Of a stretch of 64,000 bases of DNA, positions 29,756-42,700 are shown piece by piece. The stretch is from Mobula hypostoma (taxonomy: Eukaryota), in the NCBI RefSeq assembly GCF_963921235.1, contig NC_086108.1, positions 32,056,001-32,120,000 on the forward strand, in the 5' to 3' direction. Every line of letters starts with the position of its first letter. The stretch's first letter is position 1. The notes beneath the pieces are model-generated. The model was given only the letters and a program-made list of their open reading frames with translations. It did not search any database and was not told the origin of the DNA. The position numbers and the translations under genes are program-made.

Positions 29756-30691
29756 ATTAGTTTGCACTTCTCCATGAGAGTTTCCTTTCTTGTCCCTGCA
29801 CAATCCTCAACAAACATCTCCAATGATGCTCTGAAGTCCAAATGAAAGCTGAGCAGAAAGAAAATACCATATTTATTCCACATCACTAGTCCTGTCTAAT
29901 AATCTGTTCATAATAAACATGGCCACATGAATCCTTAAAATTCCACTTGATACACTTATGGAATTCAATGAATAAATTTGTGTACTTCTATTTACAAATC
30001 ACGACTCAGCGTACCACCACAAAACACCCATTTCCTCTGGACCTGAGTTCTCCATTCTCTTCCGTCTGAAGTCTACCCATAACTGGTAATTCATGCAAAA
30101 GTTTGGGCACCAGTGTCCTGTTCATGACCCTACTTGCACATCTTCCCCAAACTAAAACAATTCTACTGGTTTTCTGCCCTGCAACTGTTAACTTAAAATC
30201 CTTACACACACTTAGCTTTTAACATTCTCCAGCCTTGCACTCCTTCTGAATTTAACTTTGTGAATATTTAGCCTTAAGCTCACCCCATCATTCCTGGAAC
30301 AGTCATCATTCATAAAGCCCTCTACCTTTATTTCCTCATTTTTAAAACAGATAGCTATGATTTCTCTTTTTCTCTGTGCAGTAGAGTATCTCTCTCAGAA
30401 CTCAACATTATTTTTACTCTACCAAGCATACAGATGTAGTTTTCATTGTGTATTGATTAATATTACTATGTTAATTAATATTACTTCACTATACAGGAGC
30501 TTTAACCTATGTAGATTTGATGGTATGACATTACATATCACAGATTAGTTTCACAAAAAAGGAAACAACATGGCTCCTAAGATCTGCAAAACTCAGAAAT
30601 CCAGTTAACACCCCTTCTCCATTCCTTTACCAATCTCCTTTGAATTTATTATACTTTATGCATTCAACCAATTCCTTTTTAACAGCTACTA

Positions 30692-31498
30692 CAGTGGATT
30701 CCCATTTAGGGAAGATGCTCATTTGGGTCAACTCTTAAAGACTAAATAAACCAAAGAAAATAGCCAGGATTCCTTTTGTTTATCTGGGACACTATGCCAC
30801 TTAATTGGGGCAGGAGGTGTTGCCAGTTTCTAAATGAACATTTACTAACTAGCTCAGAAGCTTGCACTTGTGTGGCCACTAGACACTACACCATGTTCAA
30901 AGCGAAGGGTTTTTACATAGTAACAGTTGTGTGTGCTTGTGTTTAAAAAGCAGTGACTTTTGTCACTGATAGTTGGCAATAAATAAGCGGTACAACAATT
31001 CAGAATTGTTTTTGTTTCACTGTGGTTTCAAGCATTCAGACTTACAGATGCCAGAAACAGTCAGGAGTGAAAATGAAATGATTTCACCACTTCACAAGTT
31101 AGCAACTATAAGGAATTTGAAGGTATCGACAATCATTTTCAATGTTACAAGTAAAATGAAGATTTGGAGGATGCAATCGTCTAATGTATTGTATGAAGGC
31201 AATCCATCATCTACATTAGGTGTATGCACTCATCTTATTCATTTAGTCTATCAAAAGAACACATATACTGGATGAATTATTAGGAAAATACACAGTTTTA
31301 TAGTACTGTAAAAGTATTGATATTGTTCTAATTTGTTCTGTATTTCTATAAATACACAATTTGTTACTCAGCTAAACTGCAGTATGTCTTTTTATACCAT
31401 TTCAACTATTTCCATGAAACTTCAGTTAATTGATGCAGCAGCTTAATTGAGCCAAAATGTACTGGTCCTGATGTGTCCCAATTAACCAGAATCCATTG
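30692..31498. mobile_element. Probable Tc1/mariner (Tigger-like) non-autonomous element
   Basis: TA on both sides; short imperfect TIR CAGTGGATTCC / CAATGGATTCT. Confidence 0.45.
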
Positions 31499-31500
31499 TA

Positions 31501-32385
31501 TTCTTCAATCTCTAACTGCTGCAGTCATAAGTTCCCACCTGCTTCAAAAGAGCGACAATCATAACAGTGTCCAAGAATTGCAGGGTGAGCTGCCTCAATG
31601 ACTATTGCCCGGTTGCACTCACATCTACAGTGACGAAGTGCTTTGAGAGGTTGGTCGTGGCCAGAATCAACTCCTGCCTAAGCAGTGACCAGGACCCACT
31701 GCAATTTGCCTATTGCCACAATATGTCTACAGCAGATGCAAACTCACTGGCTCTCCACTCATTCTTGGGTCACCTGGACAATAAAAATACCTATCTCAGG
31801 CTGCAGTTTATTATTTGCAGTTCAGTGTTCAATGCAGTCATGCACTCAGTTCTAATCAATAAGCTCCAAAATCTGGACCTCTGTACCTCCCTCTGCAACT
31901 ATGTCCTTGACTTCTTCACCTGGAGACCAGTCAGAGCAGAACAGAAATAGCATTTCCTCCTCACTGCGAATCAATACTGGTGCACCTCAAGGATGCGTGC
32001 TTAGTCCACTGGTCTACTCTCTCTGCACTGATGACTACGTGGCTAAGCATAGCTCAAACACTATCTATAAATTTGCTGATGATAACAACTATTGTTGACA
32101 GAATTTCAGATGGTGATGAGGAGGCGTACAGAAGCAAGAGAGATCAGCTGCTTGAGTGGTGTCACAATGACCTTGCACTCAACATCAGTGAGACAAAGGA
32201 ACTGATTGTGGACTTTAAGAAGGGGAAGTTGAAGGAACACACATCAGTCCTCATCGAGGGATCAACAGTAGAATGGGTGAGCAATTTCAAGTTCCCAGGT
32301 GTCAACATTGCTAAAGATCTATCCTGGGTCCAACATATTGATGCAATGACAAAGAAGGCACGACAACGGCTATATATCACGATAT
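31501..32385 (+). mobile_element. Rex1/Babar-like LINE RT fragment
   Basis: [36 protein letters not shown] and YKFADD motifs. Confidence 0.9.
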
Positions 32386-33114
32386 ATTAAACCTGATTCT
32401 CATTCTCATTAAGTCTATATCCTCTATACCATTGGCCAATTTTTAATCACACTATGATAACAAAGTATTTATCCAGCTCTTTACCAGTCTCCTTTAATTT
32501 GTGCCCTCCAATTGCTAAATTCCTAGTTGTTGAAGTAAGTTTCTCTTTTTAACATGACAACTGAGCTTTGGGAAAATAAAAGATTTATTTTGAGCTTTTC
32601 AAAGATTTTAGTATCTGATGCTTCAACATGAGGAAAATAATTCTTAGGCTTTCTTTATTAATTTATTTTACCACATTTTGGTACTTTCATGTTTACTCTC
32701 ATCAAGTCAGATTCAAGATTAACTTGAATTTTAGATCATTCATTTTGACAGTAGTTCAACTTGATCCTAAAAGTCAAGAACTAACTGAAAATTAAATGAT
32801 GGGTCAATACTATTTAATCTCAAGCTGTTTCAAATGTTAAAGCTTTTTATAACTTCAGCTACTTAACAATGGATTAAAAATCTATCAGCAAGAAAAGTCC
32901 TTTAAAAATAATCTGGTGTGCTAGTAACACCTATGCTTTTCTAAAATGGATTATTGGCAATCAACCAATATAAACAAAAGGTATTTTGCTAAGGTGAAAT
33001 ATCTCCAACTTCCAATCAAGCCATCCTCCATTCTACATCCTCAAAGTAAAGAAGCACCTGATTAAGAAGGTCAGTTATAGTTTGGATGATATAACCAAAT
33101 TATTATTATATACT

Positions 33115-33313
33115 TTCTTTTTCAATCTTTTTATTAATTTTCAAATTCATAAACATAACAATATTAATACAAAGAGATTGGGATTACATTAGTAGTAATT
33201 AGCATATGTGAATATAAACTACAGATAACACAAGTATACCAAGCCTCCCAAACTCTTAATGTAATTAAACATGATAAAAAGAAAAATGAAAAAAATGTTA
33301 GGGGAAAAAATCC
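33115..33313 (-). mobile_element. Short retroposed 3' fragment (L1-type TPRT product) with a 20-bp TSD
   Basis: CCAAATTATTATTATATACT is duplicated at 33095-33114 and 33314-33333; the minus strand ends in AATAAA and an A-rich tail. Confidence 0.75.
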
Positions 33314-34520
33314 CCAAATTATTATTATATACTATTTACAATATAATTGCACTTAAATGATTAACTATCAGCTATTTAGGAACAACAAACTTTAAATTAT
33401 TATTTTTTTTAATATGCTTATATAAGAGGGCCAGGAGATTCCAAAATGTTACACTTGACTTGCTGTTGCAGTTTACCCAAGATCAGCCAAATGAGTGCAG
33501 AAGATCAATAATTTAGAACATAAAACATTACACCACAGGAACAGGCTCTTTGGCCCCTAATGTTGTGCCAAACCAATTAAATTAGAAATCAAATGGCCAA
33601 CTAAACTAATCCCTTCTGCCAACATCCATATCCTTCCACTTCCTTCACATTCATGTGCCTATCTAAAAGACTTTTAAAAAGGTATGTGTCTCAACCAGCA
33701 TTCCAGGCACCCACCACTCTGCGTAAAACTCTTGCCCCTCACATCTTCTTTGAACTTAACCCTCTCACCTTAAATGCATCCCCTCTGGTATTAAAACATT
33801 TCCACCCTAGGAACAAGATACTGTCTGTATATTCTATCTATGCCTCTCATTATCTTATAAACCACTAACAGATCTCCCTTCAGCCTCTACTGCTCCAGAC
33901 ACAAGTTTGTCCAACCTCTTGTTATAGTACATGTCGTCTAAAGCAGCCAGTATACTCTTCTGCACCCTCTCCAAAGCCTATAATTGCACAACCAGAACTG
34001 TATGTAATACTTCAGATGTTGCCTAACTAGAGTTTTATAAAGCAACAACAGTTTTGAACTCAATGCCTCAACAAATAAATGAAAGAATGCCATGCTTAAA
34101 CAGCTTATCAACCTATTTAGCCACTTTCAAGGAACTGTAAACTTAGACCCCAAAATCCCTCTGCTCATCAACACTGTTAATGATCTTGCCCCTAACAGTG
34201 TGCTGTCTCTTTAACATTTGACCTACTAACATGCAACATTTCATATTTGGCTGGGTTAAACATAATCTGCCATTTCTCTGCTGATATCTGCAACTGATCT
34301 ATATCTTGCTGTATTCTTTGTCAATCTTCTATGCTATCCACAACACCACTAATATTCGTATCATCTGCAAACTTTCTAACTCACACATCTTCCTTTTCAT
34401 CCAGGTAACTTATATACTTCACAAACAACAAAGGTCCCAGTACAGATCCCTACGAACACCACTAATCACAGACCTTCAGCTAGAATAAGTCACTTTGATC
34501 AGTACATCGGTTTACTAAGG

Positions 34521-35953
34521 CAGGAGTCCCAACCTTTTTTACACTGCAGACTGGTTTAATATTGACAATATTCTTGCGGACCGGCCAACCAGGGGAGGGG
34601 GGAGAGGGGTAGGGTTGCCAACTTTCTCATTATGTTTACCCCGAGAACGACTACCATGACCATGAAGCCTTGCGTGGGCACCTGTGTGCACATGCGTGTA
34701 CGTGCCAATTTTTTTTCTACAGATCGTTTTTGGCTCAGTGAAGGTATGAGAGGTGCGCAAAAACACAACGATGTAGGGGAAGCAATGCGAGGTGCATGAA
34801 AACAAAGCGATATAGGGACAGGTATGAGAGGCCGGTGAAAACACAGCGATAAATGGGAAGCTATAGGAGTTGCGTGAAAATTCTGCTCAGTGAAATTACA
34901 CTGTACATACATTATTTCTACTTTATATAGGCTGTGTGTTTATCATATTCCTGCTTTTACTATATGTTAGTGTTACTTTAGGTTTGATGTGTTATTTGGA
35001 ATGATTTGGTAGGTTATTTTTTGGGTCTGGAAACGCTCAAAAATTGTTCCCATATAAATTAATGGTAATTGCTTCTGCGCTTTACGCCATTTCGGCACGA
35101 AAAGTTGCATAGGAACACTCTACCTTAGCGGGGGAAATACGGGACAAGGGCGGTCCTGTATGGGACAAACCAATTTAGCCCAATATACGGGATGTCCCGG
35201 CTAATACGGGACAGTTGGCAACCCTGGGGGGGGGGGGGGGAGTGGTGTTAATCACGACCAGAATATAGATGATAAGTCAACTGTAAGTCACTTGCAAGTG
35301 GCTAATACACTCAATTTTGTTTCTAAAAGGGTTTATCTAACAAATTTAATATTAAACACACAGCGCATATTTTCCTCGCATCATAACATTTTAAGTAATG
35401 TTTGGATATTAAACACACAGCACATATTTTCCTCATATGAACATATAAAATCATTGCAACACACCAATATCGCTGAATCAGTGGGAGCCCTGGGCTTGTT
35501 TCCCTGCAACAAGACGGTCCCATCGAGGGGTGATGGGAGACAGTGATACTCGAAGGGGGTTCTAGTCCAGTCTATTCCGCAATTTACTTTTCATTGCATT
35601 CACTGCAGAAAACCTCGCTTCGCAGAGATAGGTTGAAAATGGAAGCAACGTTTTCAGTACTTTCGTGGCTATCTCAGGATATTTAGCCTTGACTTTTATC
35701 CAGAATGCTGGCAGAGATGTTATGTCAAACATCCTCTTCAGCCCGCCGTCATTTGCAAGCTCGAGGAGTTGATCTTCTTCCCGCGCTGACATGGATGACA
35801 TGTGCTTAATGACCTCGCTTGCGTTCAAGTTCAACAGTGGGCGTGACGGGAATGAGGAAGGGTGCAGCTGACTCATATCGTTTCATATCACCAAATCATA
35901 TCATTTCCTCGCAGCCTGGTACCGGTCTGCGGCCCGGTGGTTGGGGACCACTG
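34521..35953 (-). mobile_element. Non-autonomous hAT (Buster/Charlie) with a transposase C-terminal remnant
   Basis: TSD TACTAAGG / TTCTAAGG; ends CAGGAGTCCCAACC / GGTTGGGGACCACTG; hATC-like FWIKVKAKYPEIA...LLPFSTYLCEARFS...KLRNRLD at 35562-35876. Confidence 0.88.
34610..35226. mobile_element. Nested TIR element inside the hAT
   Basis: TIRs TAGGGTTGCCAACT / AGTTGGCAACCCTG with G-rich flanks. Confidence 0.7.
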
Positions 35954-36152
35954 TTCTAAGGGAAAGCCTGTTCTGAATCCAAACAGCAAATTCACCATAG
36001 ATTCCATCCATCTTAATCTTGTGGATGAGCCTTCCATAACGGACCTTGTCAAATGCCTTATAAAATCCATGTTGACAACATCCACAGCTCTACCTTCATT
36101 ACCTCATCAAAAAGCTCAAATAAGTTAGTCAGACACAAATTGCCCCATACAG

Positions 36153-36358
36153 TTATCATGAGAAAATCTGCAGATGCTGGAAATTCAAGCAACATACACA
36201 AAATGCTGGTAGAACACAGCAGGCCAGGCGGCATCTATAGGAAGAGGTACAGTCGACATTTCGGGACTGGCGAAGAGTCTCGGCCCGAAACATCGACTGT
36301 ACCTCTTCCTATAGATGCCGCCTGGTCTGCTGTGTTCACCAGCATTTTGTGTGTGTTG
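36153..36358. mobile_element. Fold-back (inverted) Penelope pseudo-LTR-derived element
   Basis: Arms of about 77 bp (36189-36265 and 36284-36359) with an 18-nt loop; CCATACAG is duplicated at 36145-36152 and 36359-36366. Confidence 0.7.
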
Positions 36359-38859
36359 CCATACAGCTATGCTGGCTCTCCCTAATAAGGCCATAGTTTT
36401 CCAAATACTCATATACCTATCCTTAAGAATTATCTCCAGTAACTAACGTGAGACTTGCCGGTCTATAGTTTCCAGGATTATTCCTGGTTCTCTTCTTGAA
36501 TAATGAAACAACATTAGCTACTTGCCAGTCCTCCAGGCCTGTAAGTTTGGAGCACAAATTATACATAGTGTAAGCCCTTGTGAACTGAAAACTGTACTGG
36601 ATTCAGGCCTTGACTACAAGGTTAATCAACTTACTCAAATTATTGCCACTGAGAGTTTTCATTAATTGTCCTGTTTCGAGCTTTCAAACGGGATGTTAAA
36701 ATTGTATTTTTTTGTTTGTCAGAGGACACCAATAGTCCCACTTAAAACTTTTTAAATCCTTGTTTTAATTATAAAGAAATGGACCCTTTTATGTCAATGC
36801 AACTGGTAAACAGTTCTGAGTATTTCTTTAAAGTTATTTAGGCGTGCTAATTCATAAATAGCAGAAGATAACCTGGATGAAAAGTTAGATGGGTAGATAC
36901 TAAGACGACAATCAACTTGTAAACATTAGTACAATAATTGATTTTACTGGAAGCGTTCGAGAAATGGTAAAGTCACACATCTTAGACTACAAGATGTATA
37001 CATAACAATCCTTTCCTATGGGAAAGCAATGTGCTATCTCCAGAAGCTCACTTGAAATTTTCAATCTATGTTGGTTGCAAAAATGTCTCCAAACTTTAGT
37101 GTGGGACTACAAAATAAATTACCAGCATAACACACAAATTTAGCACCAACTAACAAAATCATGCTGGGCATTAATGCATTACAGAGATCAATTTTATATC
37201 AATATTTACAGAAATGTAAGATTGGTAGATGTGATAATGTGGCAGAACCTATTTGTAAAAATAGGATACTTTAACTGAAATAATCAAAGGAATAACAGGT
37301 ATGGTAGGCAAGGACGTGAAAGAAGTATACTGACACATCTAAAATATTCTTCCTAGATTTGAGGCTTATGGACATTATAGAATATATTCAATGTCATTTT
37401 TATTTGTCAGTGCAACACTTGCCCTTTAATACTTATGCAAACATGATTGACAGAAATGTATCCCATTTCATTTCAAGAACCTATAGTCAAATTCATCCCA
37501 GGATTCAAAGCAATGAATTTCAGAGGCAGAGCAGAACTGAGCTAAGTAAGAATAAATTGCATTGAGAACAAGGGAGGAATTCCAAGGTGAGGCAATTGAA
37601 GTTTGAAACTGACATCCTCAGTTTTAAGAGCAATATAAATAATCTTCCTGCATTACATGAATGAATATGCTTACTTCATTTGACTAGCAACAAACACTTC
37701 TTTCATTTTAGGCACTCAATTACATCCAGTTGTGTGTAATACTAATACAAACACACACAAAGACACTAAAACTAGAAAAAACATGATTAGAGAACAGATT
37801 ATTGGGCTATTTCAAATTGTTTATTGTTGGTTGGAGCTTGCTATTTGCAAATTGGCTGCTATTTTCTATATCAACACAGTATGATACTTGAAATGTACGT
37901 CACTGGACGTAAAATGTTCTGGAACATCCTGATAAGGTGAAACCGCAAGTCTTTCATTGTTTTCGTTGTATCTACACTATTTATGCTTCACTTAATTCAG
38001 AATGAATAAACTGAAATATTGCTCTTTGAAGTGAATAAAATTATAGTCAGATTAGATTGCTTCATATCAAAATGGTATCCTTCAAATTTAGATCAGCAAG
38101 ATGGTAAATTCAGCAATAAAAATGTACAAGCATGCACTGTGCTCGATGCAATATAGTACAAGTGTTTCTTGTACCCAATATATCTTAATTACATTTCTCA
38201 ATGGCGAATCAGACCATATTAAACTTGCTCTTTTGTGGTGAAATGTTAAACATTCACCAATTTGCATTTTTGTGTTACTAACGTGCAGTGGTACTAAATT
38301 CAAGACCAAAGCTCACTGAGAATGTGTAATGTGTGACTTCATTTCATTTCAACATCTGTTCTATGCAACTAATTTCTAGTTCTACATATTAGAGCTAATG
38401 ACTAGCTGAAAGCACTTTAGTGTTGAAGAAAATTTTAAAATGAACAAATTCACACATATTTGTTGCAAGATATGGTTCTATGTATACATTAGGTTTTGAT
38501 TTAAAGCAGTGTTTTCACTCTCTTCACATAGTGTATTTTCTTACTGAAGCATATCATTAAAAATCCAGTGCTGACTTTGGCACACAGAACCCATAGTGCA
38601 AGAATGTCTTACTTGAAGCAGCTGGGAAATATACACAGGCTTACTCCACAACTTTATATTCATCCTAGTCTAAACAGTATTCAACTGCATTGTAACGATA
38701 AGATGCTTCAAAGTTATTATATCTAAACACATTTAACACAGCTTATTATCTCGCTTTCATAGTTGATGTATTTAACTATATAATTTATACAAAAAAATTC
38801 TGGAGAAGACACATGCAGTTTGAAAGATCTTGGTTCTTTGGAGATCAGCTAACAATTCA

Positions 38860-39530
38860 GCCAGCTAGCCAGCCAGCCAAAATAGCTAACAGGAAATAGG
38901 AAGGCCACATGTGGAACTAATTACTCATGTGTAGGCCATGACAAAGAACATTTCTCCAGACTTTTCATGAGCTTCATTTTCAGGAAGTAGCTGTAATTAC
39001 TGTTCAAGTCTAGGGCATGATTCTTAGTACTGACAGTTCCAGCATTTGAGAGGAGCCTATAGCCTTTTCTGTACCGAACAGGAACTGAGATAAAACTGCT
39101 ACAAATTAAAAACAAATGTTCTTTTCATAATACTTTATGCATTTACTAACACAGACATAGAACATTATTCCTGTCAGTTAGGAATATTTTATTTAACTGT
39201 TCAAACTACTGTGCTAAAATGGTTCATCTTGATTTTACAGCTTTTCCATACAAGGGGCCCACTTCCTGCCTTGCTCAGAAAGCTGGCTGAAAGATGAAAT
39301 GACTGTTTAGCATTACACTAAAACATCTGGTACCATTTTATATACAGACCCATGTCTGAGAGCAAGCAATTCTAGCGGTCTCTCCAGCAGCACAGTGCAT
39401 ACCCAATCTCCCTGGGGTGACATCATCCCATATATGGATTGCTAGGCCCAGCCCACCCCTTTTTTTTCTTGTCCTAAATTCATTGCCAGATCCCTGTCTC
39501 CTGCAAATGTGCCACGTCAAGGCTGGAAAT
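38860..39530 (+). promoter_or_regulatory. Putative DNM3OS (pri-miR-199/214) promoter/enhancer
   Basis: Palindromic E-box CCACATGTGG at 38905-38914 with TAATTA at 38918; CArG-like CCATACAAGG at 39246 next to ETS ACTTCCTG at 39261; AAACATCTGG E-box at 39321-39330; TATA-like ttttatata at about 39336; perfect CArG CCATATATGG at 39428-39437; TGCCACGTCA at 39510. All lie just upstream of miR-199. Confidence 0.6.
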
Positions 39531-39635
39531 CACAGTTCTTTTAGAGACTTCAGTGTACGCAGACAACAGTGGATGGTGAACTTGGTGTGCATGTATAATT
39601 TCTTTGATGGCAGAAGACAAGAGAAAGTCAAAAGG

Positions 39636-39729
39636 TCCTGCTCCGTCGCCCCAGTGTTCAGACTACCTGTTCAGGACAATATTGTTGTACAGTAGTCTGC
39701 ACATTGGTTAGACTGGGCATGGGAAAGCA
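39636..39729 (+). ncRNA. MIR199A2: pre-miR-199 (mir-199a-2 orthologue)
   Basis: 5p CCCAGTGTTCAGACTACCTGTTC at 39650-39672 and 3p ACAGTAGTCTGCACATTGGTTA at 39689-39710 match the known mature sequences. The flank TCCTGCTCCGTCGC and loop AGGACAAT are of the 199a-2 type. Confidence 0.97.
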
Positions 39730-42700
39730 ACAATAAGTTTCTTTCCACACTTTTCAGAGAAGACAGATGAACAGTGCTACAGTAAGAGCAAGTATCTTTC
39801 TTTCCTTCACCTTTTGTTTTTTGAGAAAAAAAACAGCAATGATGAGGAACTCTTCCTACAGGAGGCTCTCCCCACATAGTTTTGCAGCTGGAGACATGCC
39901 TAGGCCTAGAGTTGGACAACACCTGGTCTATGACCTGACGAACTTCACTGACCTGATCTCACCATCATAAATGGAGATATGTACCAATTGAAAGGATGGG
40001 ATTCAACACTAGGTACTCCACTGTAAATAACACAAAAGTCTTCGTGAACTTAAAAAAGTTTATTGTACCATTTGTGCGCACTTACCTCATGATCAAAAAT
40101 ACAGCCATGTCAGTGCAATGATCTAATTCAATGTTTGATTGTGTTATTATTGCAGTTAATTACAAAAGATAAAATATATTCTGTTTCAATGCAGTCAATG
40201 ACAAAATTTTATGTAAATGAGAAATACACTGCAAAATTTTCTACATAGTACTTATAAATATGCAGCGTTTGTGAACCAGCTTTCTGAGTGTCTCCACCGA
40301 TTACAGACTATCTTAAGGTGAGTAGTACAACATTAGGATGTTTAATCAAAAGTTTGTGTAAAATTTTGATCTTTGTGCTTAAATGCCTGGATTTTATTGC
40401 AGTATGCTAATATTTTGGTAAAAATTCCACCTACATTATCAAAATACAAGTCATATTCACCAAAGAAGAATATTAAAGAACTGCACTGTAGTCTCATTGT
40501 TGGTTAAAGAAAACTTTTGCATTGCATGACTGAAACTAAAAACAGAGGAAAATATTCTGATTTACTTTGCTTCACTTCGGTTAGTGACTAAGAAGGGAAG
40601 GTAGAGTTAATAACTTTTCTAAAAGTATTATAAAGAGTTCAAAATAAAATATCACAGACTTGAAATTAAATAGAATGAACATTTCTGAATCTTAGCACAC
40701 CAATATCATTTTAAATTGACATCTTTACAATGAAGCAACTTAATATTTGCCTGAAATTGTAGTGCTTTTTAGCAATTTCATTTTATATGACATCCAAACT
40801 GATTTCAGAGATATTAACTCCAACTGCTTAGCATATGTTTCAAGAAAAAGGAATGATTAAGAAACGTAAAATGAAAGGTCTTATCAGCATACCCAAGGGA
40901 TTACTGTCCGCTGAAAGCTTATTTTCTGTGAGGCTAAATATGTGTTGCTAATTTTACAATTGTCCATTCACAGTTATGCTGCATCATATCCTCTAACCAT
41001 CTTGGTCTCTTATTTGATGAGGAAAAGTATTAGCTTCCACAATTTTAATATGGAAGTTGTGCAAATTATTATTGCAAACACTTTAAAATCATACATTAAC
41101 TTACTGACTTAGGAAATTCTAAATGTTGCAATAACCTTTTAAAAACAAATCTTATTTGTTCTAAAATTATGCTCCCCTATACTTTTCAGTTACTGAACAT
41201 TTTAAGAGACTATCTGCAAGCCATAACCAATATCCTAAGAGTGGGAAATATATTACATCCAACTACACAGCATATTTACACAATTATTGTTATTTTGAAT
41301 AAAGTCAACAACTTTGGATGAAACAGTCACTACGAAACATGTAATATTCTTAGGACTGAGTGAGAGATTATTTCAGTAGTTTGAAAGGAAGTCAAAGTAC
41401 CCATGTTAAAAAAATTACTGATTACATTTTTTTATCATAAAATGCTGAACAAAAAATGTATTTTGGACCATAGCATTCAGAGAAGTGCAACTTGTCAACT
41501 AATTTATGTTCTGCCACACTTTTTAAAAAATCCAAAGTTTTGTCTGTTATGTGTAGAATTGAAATAATCACGCTTCTTAAATTTACAGTTTTGATTCAAC
41601 TGCAGATGTAGTTGAATCTGTTAGGTTGGAGTAAAATGGTTTAAATAAAATTCTCAACGAGTAAGATCACTCCATTTATAAGATGATTCTCATGTTTCAG
41701 ATTTTACTGCTTATTCTTAATCTTGTTGTCCTTACTGGCCTACTAATTTGTTTATACTAGCTACATCGCAGTTATGGACCACCCAAGCCTCACGCCTCCA
41801 TTTAAAGTGACCATAGTTAGGAAATGGTGCATTGGCGAGTTTTCAAGCAAATAAATTTGGTGATGTTTTATTATCAAGACAATTTCTCACTAATTTACAG
41901 TTTATTTTTTTTATGATTTGGATTTTTTCCCTAAAAAATTCTCTTTCAAATTTCAAAGCACTAACATCTAAGAATTGAACTATATGATTATGACAATTAA
42001 GTAGCTGCACGACTGTAAAAAGAATAAACTTGTTTTTGCAGTTTGACCATTTACTTGAGAAGGATTTAAATGTTGAGAGCAGATACATTCTATTTAATAT
42101 TTTTAAATAGTTACCATAAAAAAGTATTTATTTAATACCATATTTGTTAACTGCAACAAAAGGTATTTTTAATCATGTGCCTGGAATAGAAAAGAGTTCA
42201 AAATATAAAAATCTTTATTTTTTTAAGAATGAGTTTTAAGCGGAAATATATCTGTTTGAAAATAAACATCCAATTTCCGCAAATCAACAACTGCACTCCA
42301 CGTCAAAACTTTGTACAAAATCCAGGATATTGGCCAGTAGGCGAAGGTTTCATTTCGAGATGGGTGTTCAGTTCAAAGTAAACATTTTAAAATATTCATT
42401 TCCTGCACTTCTGCCAGTACATAGAGCATATAATGCAGTCCATTTTTGTACTTCTTATGATCAGAGGCTTGGGTTATCAGTATACTCAGTTTATATCCAT
42501 ATTGTGAGGTACTATTTATACTGTGAAGCAATAAATTTGCCTGAAAGCAGTTTAATTTGTCAGAACAAACTGCACACCAACATGCTGACATTATTTATTG
42601 CAGTCTATTGATCCTAAAATGTCAAAAATGTAAAAAGTGAACAAAAGCAATTTGTAACCATTGTATATTAAGAATAACATTAATATAGAAAATATTTAAA

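Larger units (their letters stand above)
33515..36540 (-). mobile_element. Old CR1-like LINE split by a hAT (34521-35953) and a fold-back element (36153-36358)
   Basis: Tail at the left end; RT remnants on both sides of the insertions (DVVNMDF...HLTR, GNYRP). Confidence 0.75.

Noticed and set aside
40078..40240. Perfect minus-strand donor GAG|GTAAGT at 40085 as a hidden DNM3 exon
   Set aside because: There is no convincing acceptor with an open dynamin-like frame upstream; the sequence is AT-rich with stops.
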